A stretch of 32,000 nt of DNA from Telmatocola sphagniphila (GTDB taxonomy: Bacteria > Planctomycetota > Planctomycetia > Gemmatales > Gemmataceae): NCBI RefSeq assembly GCF_018398935.1, contig NZ_CP074694.1, positions 6,000,001 through 6,032,000 of the forward strand. The letters run 5' to 3'. Made by a program: the position numbers and the translations under genes. Below, in pieces: positions 26,801 to 32,000 of this stretch. The first letter of the stretch is position 1. Every line of letters begins with the position of its first letter. Below the pieces are notes generated by a model. It was given only the letters and a program-made list of their open reading frames with translations. It was not told where the DNA came from and searched no databases.

Positions 26801-27140
26801 CGCTGCTGAGACCATCGGATAATCCATCCGATTTTTGCAGTTCCTGAAATGCGTGAATCGCTTCCTCGAAGCGCCGGGACAGCAACTTGTCGTAGCCGGC
26901 GAAGGGAATGCGGCCATCCGGCTTGATTTCTTTGCGGGCCGGCAGCAGGAAGCGGTGGATTGCGTAGAGGAAAAAGAGAGCCCGAACCCGATCATAAAGG
27001 TTATCGGAGTTCCGTCGAAACAGTTCGAGATCGGCGCATTCCTCGAGCAATTGAGTATAGCTCAGCGGGGTGCAGGCCGATTCGAGAGAGCTATTCCGAA
27101 CCTTGGGGTTGGTGGAAGTGATGAGTTGGCGGAGTTTCAT
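23823..27140 (-). CDS. Fusion protein: unknown N-terminal domain + GHMP (fucokinase-like) sugar kinase + UDPGP-family nucleotidyl-sugar pyrophosphorylase
   Basis: Kinase part (about aa 300-545): PKGSRLAVSTNLLAGVIAVCMRA (motif II-like), GGSGGGWQD, MLGGMSGGGMGFIVDP (motif III-like). Pyrophosphorylase part (about aa 660-1085): LAAGAGSRWTQGAG, LLIHNIDTLGA, KRIDDRGGGLARIDG, which are typical UGPase/UAP-type motifs. Confidence 0.85.
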   Translation of the reverse strand: MKLRQLITSTNPKVRNSSLESACTPLSYTQLLEECADLELFRRNSDNLYDRVRALFFLYAIHRFLLPARKEIKPDGRIPFAGYDKLLSRRFEEAIHAFQELQKSDGLSDGLSSALGAGYYALAFQTLAGQVRKSVRSVPGNRWMFRMGHPADHCLRIRPELLERPSASSPYPILRERTPVRMDLTHSCWSDIFFLGMDYPEGAKVLNVSIDLGVHGRDAEPKPPIEVYLRVIDEPVLRLVSVDLDSSADITELSEVFNFAKDYTGLLKAGVISSGIVPPGLEGSEQKLTDLLAHLVGPGRGLEIVSQVNNIPKGSRLAVSTNLLAGVIAVCMRATRQARSLTGPLEESERRLVAARAILGEWIGGSGGGWQDSGGVWPGIKKIEGTFAVEGDPEFGISRGRLLPQHTVMGERTVPQLTRQQLQDSLVLVHGGMAQNVGPILEMVTEKYLLRGEKEWTARQNALGLFDHIVDSLRQGRIQDLAKATTKNFREPIQQIIPWASNYFTETLISRIEGRLKSQFWGFWMLGGMSGGGMGFIVDPSRKVDAQAILQEEMSKLRRELVHSLPFAMDPVVYDFRINPNGTHAELLEGAQALLSPGYYALCAPLWLKQDIRRMSPLRRDELTRMGAACRSETAMAGVIETLFERLLPKEEKKSIDSNKLEDLLTKFGFDREQHERIRTDLRRGLIGLAQNRLSSTSSIEDVSPRDIIDTRGSLSEHRQKLGRQALERGEVLTVTLAAGAGSRWTQGAGVVKALHPFCKLASRHRTFLEVHLAKARKSAKLFGPAAPVVFTTGYMTHAPIQQYLQQVGNYNYSGEVMLSTGRSVGLRMVPMVRDLRFAWEEVAHQQLDEQKQKMRESIQAALINWARSVGEANDYTDNLPMQCLHPVGHWFEIPNMLRNGVLRDALRKSSQLKYLLIHNIDTLGANLDAGLLGTHIETGKTLSYEVISKRIDDRGGGLARIDGRTRIVEGLALPRQEDEFKLLYYNTLTTWATIDQLLEVFGLHRSDLENETKVAEAVHRLAGRMPTYITLKDVKKRWGHGQEDIFPVCQFEKLWGDMTALTDLDCGFLVVPRMRGQQLKDQAQLDGWLREGSADYIERICDWT

Positions 27141-27150
27141 AGGGATTGCT

Positions 27151-27996
27151 TCAGCCGCCTCGCTGGGCCAGGAGTTCCACTAATTGGGTCAGCACGTTTT
27201 CCCGGTCAGCTCCTTCCAGAGCCAGAGCCAGTTGGGCGTTGAGCAAACCGTATTTGACGCCCAGGTTATAGCGTCGGCCTTTCATTTCCATGGCCAGGAA
27301 CCGCTCCTGTTCCACCAGTTCAGCCAGAATGGGGGAGAGCGAAGGCGTCTGGCCGGGCGGTAGATCCGTCAGCTTTTTCTCGAGCAGTTGCATCACGACC
27401 GGCGTAAGAACATGCATCCCGAAGAGGCAGAGATAGTAGCCCGCTCGCAGACCGGGCACGAGCAGAGATTGCTCGGCTTCGCTGGGGGTCGGTTTTTCGA
27501 GAACGTTTTCGATTTCGTAGAGATCGTTCAGGCCGGGCACGCGGCGGGCCGCCACCGTGCCATAGAAAGGCAGCATATTCTCGCGAGTCGGTTGCACGGC
27601 CGAGACGCTGCAGGCTTCGCGCTTGGCCACTTCCACGAGTTGCTGGGCTGAGCGAAGTTTCCCCTGCGACGTGTAGACATGATCGCCGACCAGATGCAGG
27701 AAGGGCTGATTATCGGTGAATTTTTTGGCCTGAAACAGAGCGTGAGCATAGCCGCGTGGCTCGACCTGTTCGACGAAATGCAGCTGTGGTCCGTAGGGCC
27801 CGGCCGCCTCCAGGTAAGCGGTCTGATCTCCCGGCGCGACGATGACGCAGACTTCTTCGATATCGCAGCGGATGGCTTCCTCCACGATAATTTCGAGGGC
27901 TTTCTTCTCCACACCGTCGCGATCAACGAGGGTTTGGAGAGGGATCGTGCGTTGGGATCGCCCGGCGGCAGTGATGACGGCTTTGCGAATATTCAT
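27151..27996 (-). CDS. GalU-like sugar-1-phosphate nucleotidyltransferase (divergent)
   Basis: KAVITAAGRSQRTIPLQ aligns with GalU KAVIPVAGLGTRMLPAT, but GxGTR is replaced by GRSQR. LEKPTPSEAEQSL (VEKP motif) and a GalU-type C-terminal dimerisation region are present. It lies 10 nt upstream of the fusion gene. Confidence 0.8.
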   Translation of the reverse strand: MNIRKAVITAAGRSQRTIPLQTLVDRDGVEKKALEIIVEEAIRCDIEEVCVIVAPGDQTAYLEAAGPYGPQLHFVEQVEPRGYAHALFQAKKFTDNQPFLHLVGDHVYTSQGKLRSAQQLVEVAKREACSVSAVQPTRENMLPFYGTVAARRVPGLNDLYEIENVLEKPTPSEAEQSLLVPGLRAGYYLCLFGMHVLTPVVMQLLEKKLTDLPPGQTPSLSPILAELVEQERFLAMEMKGRRYNLGVKYGLLNAQLALALEGADRENVLTQLVELLAQRGG

Positions 27997-28085
27997 GTCG
28001 GTAGTTTATCTTGGCTCTGGTGGATGTCTTCATTTTGATATCTCAGAGCGAATCTCAATAGAGAATGTGGGCTAAAAAATGAGAT

Positions 28086-28101
28086 TGGCACGCACGTAGC
28101 A
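28086..28101 (+). promoter_or_regulatory. Sigma-54-like -24/-12 motif, pointing antisense into the response-regulator gene
   Basis: TGGCACGCACGTAGCA against TGGCACG-N4-TTGCW: a perfect -24 element, and GC at the correct spacing. Confidence 0.3.
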
Positions 28102-28111
28102 TGCGGGTTTT

Positions 28112-28483
28112 TCAGGCCGGTACGATAAATTGGTTTACAATCGTTAGAAGATCGGCCTGATCGAACGGCTTGTAAAGTATGGCGGCTGCCCCAAAATGCC
28201 GGGCCGCCGAGAGCAAATCCATTTCGCCGTTAAAACCGCCACCGCTAATGGCGATCACTTTTACGGATTCATATTCCGCCGTGAGGGAGCGAATGACTTC
28301 CAGCCCATCCTTCTCTGGCATGAAGACGTCGCAGATGATCAGTTCCGCTGGGTTCTCGCGGTAGCGTTTCAGCGCTTCATGGCCATCTTCCGCTTCCTCG
28401 ATTTCGTAGCCGGTGGGCGCGAGCATGCGCCGCATCGTGGTGCGAAGCATTGGTTCGTCGTCGACAATCAAAATTCTAGGCAT
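28112..28483 (-). CDS. Single-domain response regulator (CheY-like receiver)
   Basis: ILIVDDEP, ELIICDVFMPEKDG, VIAISG and LYKPF are canonical receiver residues. ATG 28483 is preferred over TTG 28519. Confidence 0.9.
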   Translation of the reverse strand: MPRILIVDDEPMLRTTMRRMLAPTGYEIEEAEDGHEALKRYRENPAELIICDVFMPEKDGLEVIRSLTAEYESVKVIAISGGGFNGEMDLLSAARHFGAAAILYKPFDQADLLTIVNQFIVPA

Positions 28484-28803
28484 GGTCTGCTCGAGAGTAT
28501 CACATAAATTTAGGTTCAAGATAAAGCTCAGTATAAGAATCGGATTAAAATCAGCCCAAAGAGTAGCGATTTCGATCCGGATGCACCAATCCTGACGGCT
28601 GGATTGATAATCTCAGATTGAGAATACTCCCTCGAATATTAAGTACAGCAAATCTCGATCCAATTGAAAATGAGGGGGTCTTTACGGAATTTTAACGGCT
28701 CCATTCTCACTCTTGACGCCTTCTGAATGTCAATTTGATTACCATTCTCAATCAGAGATATTTTGCGCATTCGCCAGAGCGTAACTTTCGTCCGGAGCAG
28801 GAA

Positions 28804-29025
28804 ATGAAAAACTACTGCCTCGAGAGGGAGGAACAGGATTCTCTTCTGGTTTGGGAGAGAAGAGTGTTCGCCGTGGCGCTAGCCTGGACGCTTCCCGGCT
28901 TTATTGTGGGGGCTTTTGTCGGCCTGATGCTGCCGGGTGAGGAGGTGCGATACCTTTGCCTTGCTCTGAGCATGGCGGTATCGGCTCTGGTCGGTGGTCT
29001 GCTGGAAGCCGATCATCTGATTTGA
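28804..29025 (+). CDS. Small hypothetical membrane protein (73 aa, 2 TM helices)
   Basis: GGAG lies 7 nt upstream of ATG 28804. Two hydrophobic helices: VFAVALAWTLPGFIVGAFVGLML and YLCLALSMAVSALVGGLL. GC rises within the ORF. Confidence 0.4.
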   Translation: MKNYCLEREEQDSLLVWERRVFAVALAWTLPGFIVGAFVGLMLPGEEVRYLCLALSMAVSALVGGLLEADHLI

Positions 29026-29059
29026 AATTTTTGGTGAATTATTCCCTTATCCTCGAGAT

Positions 29060-30469
29060 GTGATGGTCGAGAAAGAGCTGTACTTCGTCATCCCCACTTA
29101 TCGCCTTCGCGATGTCGGCGAAACGATTCGCGAATACGACGAGCATTTTCGCCGCAACGGGCACACCGTTCGGCTCATCGTCTTCGACGATTCCAGCCGA
29201 CCGACGCAGGAAAAGTATTTTTCCCATCTGGAGTCGGTGAAGACCCACAACGAACTTTACTACGTCGGCCCCGCGGAAAAAGACCAGTTCCAGAGCTATC
29301 TCGGCGAGCGGTTGCGCGATAAGCGACTCGACGGATTGGTGAAAAATCTCTTTCGACCCAGCTACGGCGGAAATCGTAACTACACCCTGATGTATACGCT
29401 GGGGGGCCTCGTCGTCAGTTCGGATGACGACATGCGTCCCTACGCCCTGATGGAAGACAGTCCGGAATCCTTGGGAGAGCATGAAATCGGCCGTGGCAAG
29501 CTCTATCCGGTCAACGCCCAAGGGTACACCCGAAAATCGTTCGATATTCTTTCCTCCTTTCTCGATGTGCTTGGCAAGCCGGTTGCCGATCTGCCTCACA
29601 ACTACGAACGGGGCGAACTCCTGGTCGACACGGCCATGGATCTGGAAACCAATGCCACGCGCGGCCTGTCGCGTGAAAACTCCCTGGTTTTGCGCTCGGG
29701 AACGATAGCGGATAGTGCCGTGGTGAAAATGGCTCAGACCTTTCGATCCGGTACCAACGACATCGACGCATTGGATTTCGTCGATCTGTTTCTGACCAAC
29801 GAAGAGCAAATCGATCCCGATGCATTGAATGAACTCTATGTGCTGGTCAATTTTCGCGCGGCGGTCACCAAACTGAACTGGCGCATGGACTGCGGTGTGG
29901 CGGGGTATGACAATTCCTTTGGTTTGCCGCCGTTTTTTCCCACCCGTTTGCGCTTTGAAGACTACATCTACCGGCTCTGGATCCAGCAGCCCGGTCTGGC
30001 GGCGGCCCACGTCGATGCGGCCCAGAATCACATCAAGAACAACTACATGCGGAACCCGCCGGCGGCGGAGATCTTCAACGAAGAAGTTTCGAACCTGTTG
30101 AAGACCAAGATTCGCACCACTCTTTCGAAGATCGATGAGTTGAGTATCTCGTTCGATTACGAAGGGGAAGTCACTTCGCGGGATGCCGACGAGATCCTCA
30201 CCAAAATCTCCGAGTTGCATTCCCGTTCCTTGGCCGCCGCCGAACGCACTGTGAATCCGGCACGGGCCGAGGCATTGCGAGTGTTCGCGGCCAATCTGCA
30301 AAAGGTCTTTTACGGTTTCGAACCCGATTTTTTCCAGCAGAATCTGCTGCGTATCGTGGACGACGTGGTCTCGGGGATAAAAGGATCGATTGAACTTTGG
30401 CCCACTCTGGTGGAAATCTGTTACTTTCAAAAGGGCCGCAAAGGATTAGCCCAAAAAAGAATCAACTGA
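29060..30469 (+). CDS. Uncharacterised GT-A-like protein (putative glycosyltransferase)
   Basis: YFVIPTYRL ... RLIVFDDSS ... PSYGGNRNYTL ... VVSSDDDMRP: a Rossmann-like start with acidic DxD-type motifs. The 463-aa antisense ORF is a shadow. The start is GTG 29060 or ATG 29063. Confidence 0.6.
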   Translation: MMVEKELYFVIPTYRLRDVGETIREYDEHFRRNGHTVRLIVFDDSSRPTQEKYFSHLESVKTHNELYYVGPAEKDQFQSYLGERLRDKRLDGLVKNLFRPSYGGNRNYTLMYTLGGLVVSSDDDMRPYALMEDSPESLGEHEIGRGKLYPVNAQGYTRKSFDILSSFLDVLGKPVADLPHNYERGELLVDTAMDLETNATRGLSRENSLVLRSGTIADSAVVKMAQTFRSGTNDIDALDFVDLFLTNEEQIDPDALNELYVLVNFRAAVTKLNWRMDCGVAGYDNSFGLPPFFPTRLRFEDYIYRLWIQQPGLAAAHVDAAQNHIKNNYMRNPPAAEIFNEEVSNLLKTKIRTTLSKIDELSISFDYEGEVTSRDADEILTKISELHSRSLAAAERTVNPARAEALRVFAANLQKVFYGFEPDFFQQNLLRIVDDVVSGIKGSIELWPTLVEICYFQKGRKGLAQKRIN

Positions 30470-30607
30470 GGATTTCATTTCCCGGAGAGACCGATCCATC
30501 TTGATACTTTCTTAACACTTCCCGGTGGTCTCTTAACCTCTCTTTGACATCGATCGGGCTAATATACTCGAGTCGAAATCTCTTTCGATTTCGACGGGAG
30601 TTTAGCC

Positions 30608-30706
30608 ATGAACGACTACGTCTATCTCGGCTTCATTTTGATTTTTTCGCTTCTGACCTGGGGCTTTTTGACCCTGTGCGAAGCGCTGATGAAGGAGAAG
30701 CGATGA
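30608..30706 (+). CDS. Unlisted 32-aa hydrophobic peptide, translationally coupled to kdpF
   Basis: MNDYVYLGFILIFSLLTWGFLTLCEALMKEKR. GGGAG lies 7 nt upstream of the ATG. Its TGA overlaps the kdpF ATG (ATGA). It is below the 60-aa cutoff of the ORF track. Confidence 0.4.
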   Translation: MNDYVYLGFILIFSLLTWGFLTLCEALMKEKR

Positions 30707-30795
30707 ATGAGATTGAAGTCATAGGACTCGCAATTTCCCTACTGTTGCTGGTTTACCTGGGAATCGCCTTACTGAAGCCGGAGTGGTTTTCATGA
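30703..30795 (+). CDS. kdpF: K+-transporting ATPase subunit F
   Basis: MNEIEVIGLAISLLLLVYLGIALLKPEWFS is a 30-aa single-TM peptide with the KdpF-type YLxxALLxPExF ending. GGAG lies upstream. Its stop overlaps the kdpA ATG. Confidence 0.8.
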   Translation: MNEIEVIGLAISLLLLVYLGIALLKPEWFS

Positions 30796-32000
30796 GCTCT
30801 AATGCCTGGATACAAATCGCCCTTTATATAGCAGTACTCGTTGGATTCGCGCGCCCGCTGGGCTGGTTGATGGCTCGCATCTATCAGGGCAAGCCGCTTC
30901 TGCTGGATCGAATCTTCTACAAGCTGGCCGGTGTCGATCCCAACAAGGAGATGGGCTGGCGTCAGTACGCCGGAGCGGTACTGGTGTTCAACCTCCTGGG
31001 GGTAATCACCGTCTATACCTTGATGCGCTGGCAGGCCGAGTTGCCTTTGAATCCTCAGAAATTCGATGCCGCCAGTCCCGATCTGGCCTTCAACACGGCC
31101 ATCAGTTTCGCCACCAATACGAACTGGCAGAGTTACGGCGGCGAGAACACCATCAGTTATCTGGTGCAGATGCTGGCGCTGGCTGTGCAGAACTTTCTTT
31201 CCGCGGCCACCGGCATGGCGGTGTTGATTGCGTTAATTCGCGGTCTGGCGCGTCATTCCAGCGAAACCATCGGCAATTTCTGGGTCGATGTGACCAAGAG
31301 CACGCTTTATATCCTGCTGCCCTTGAGCGCGATACTGGCCCTGGTGCTGGTCAGCCAGGGAGTGATTCAGAACTTCAAGACCTACGATACGGCCACTGTC
31401 CTCCAGCCGTTTACCACTTCGGAAGATCAGAAGGATGCGGATGGTAAGCCCGTGCTGGGAGCCGACGGCAAACCGCTGCAGGTGGAGAAAAAAGTCACCG
31501 AACAAACCTTACCCATGGGACCGGCCGCCTCGCAGATTGCCATCAAGCAACTGGGCACCAACGGCGGCGGCTTCTTTAACACCAACAGTGCTCACCCCTA
31601 TGAGAACCCCACGCCCCTTTCGAATTTCCTGCAGGTTCTTTCGATACTGCTGATCCCGGGAGCGCTGTGCTACACCTACGGCCTGCTGGTGAATGACCGG
31701 CGGCAGGGTTGGGCCATTCTCGCCGCGATGCTCATCATCTTCATTCCTTGTGTGATCGGAACCACTCTGGCCGAGCAATCGGGCGTGCCGAAATACGCCG
31801 AGCTGGGGGCCGACGGGCATGCGGGAAACATGGAAGGTAAAGAAACCCGCTTTGGCATTACCAACTCCGCGCTCTGGGCGGTGGCCACCACGGCCGCTTC
31901 CAATGGCTCGGTCAACTCCATGCATGATAGCTATACCCCACTGGGCGGTTTGATCCCCCTATGGTTGATGCAACTGGGCGAAGTCGTCTTTGGCGGCGTC
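30792..32000 (+). CDS. kdpA: K+-transporting ATPase subunit A (3' end cut by the window edge)
   Basis: Translation: MSSNAWIQIALYIAVLVGFARPLGWLMARIY..., NTNWQSYGGE, LGTNGGGFFNTNSAHPYENPTP, NGSVNSMHDS. These are KdpA selectivity-filter-type motifs. The frame is open to base 32000. Confidence 0.95.
   Translation, partial: MSSNAWIQIALYIAVLVGFARPLGWLMARIYQGKPLLLDRIFYKLAGVDPNKEMGWRQYAGAVLVFNLLGVITVYTLMRWQAELPLNPQKFDAASPDLAFNTAISFATNTNWQSYGGENTISYLVQMLALAVQNFLSAATGMAVLIALIRGLARHSSETIGNFWVDVTKSTLYILLPLSAILALVLVSQGVIQNFKTYDTATVLQPFTTSEDQKDADGKPVLGADGKPLQVEKKVTEQTLPMGPAASQIAIKQLGTNGGGFFNTNSAHPYENPTPLSNFLQVLSILLIPGALCYTYGLLVNDRRQGWAILAAMLIIFIPCVIGTTLAEQSGVPKYAELGADGHAGNMEGKETRFGITNSALWAVATTAASNGSVNSMHDSYTPLGGLIPLWLMQLGEVVFGGV

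Noticed and set aside
30544-30568. Sigma-70-type promoter for kdp (TTGACA with TATACT or TAATAT)
   Set aside because: The spacing between the hexamers is only 10-13 bp, against the functional 16-19 bp.
1-32000. tRNA, rRNA, transposase or integrase genes, and defence-system genes
   Set aside because: I scanned intergenic gaps for T-loop-like GGTTCGAATCC and for cloverleaf potential, and scanned ORF products for DDE, tyrosine/serine recombinase, nuclease/helicase and toxin-antitoxin hallmarks. None were found.

Overview
The window is about 54% GC and gene-dense, and its gene content looks planctomycete-like. That call is an inference from PEP-CTERM beta-helix proteins, a prenyltransferase-repeat/HEAT lipoprotein, scattered housekeeping genes and few Shine-Dalgarno sites. 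Left to right: (1) a 94/76-bp tandem repeat array cut by the window edge. (2) A tightly packed five-gene Wzx/Wzy-type polysaccharide operon (706-6042, +): priming sugar transferase, GT-A-like protein, Wzy/O-antigen-ligase-family polymerase, GT2, Wzx flippase. It is preceded by a sigma-54-type -24/-12 motif. (3) A convergent sigma-54-dependent response regulator (REC-AAA+-Fis HTH, NtrC/AtoC/PrsR-like). (4) Two very large S/T/G/N-rich PEP-CTERM proteins with autotransporter-associated beta-strand repeats (7814-10351 and 12586-15204, both -), flanking a secreted coiled-coil protein and a Tat-signal metallophosphoesterase. (5) A roughly 1.4-kb poorly coding stretch (15205-16634). It holds a second sigma-54 motif, four consecutive hairpins with homopolymer G/C loops, a terminator-like hairpin, a 15-bp palindrome and an ambiguous antisense ORF pair. 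(6) A secreted coiled-coil protein, a lipoprotein with prenyltransferase-like repeats plus HEAT repeats, an orphan ABC ATPase, nusA, a tandem-PilZ protein and a hypothetical secreted protein. (7) A two-gene sugar-activation operon: a GalU-like nucleotidyltransferase plus a 1105-aa fusion of a GHMP/fucokinase-like kinase with a UDPGP-family pyrophosphorylase. Next to it are a CheY-like regulator, a small membrane protein and an uncharacterised GT-A-like protein. (8) The start of a kdp operon: an unlisted 32-aa membrane peptide, kdpF, and a partial kdpA. I found no rRNA, tRNA, CRISPR array or transposase. No exosortase or histidine kinase gene lies in the window.
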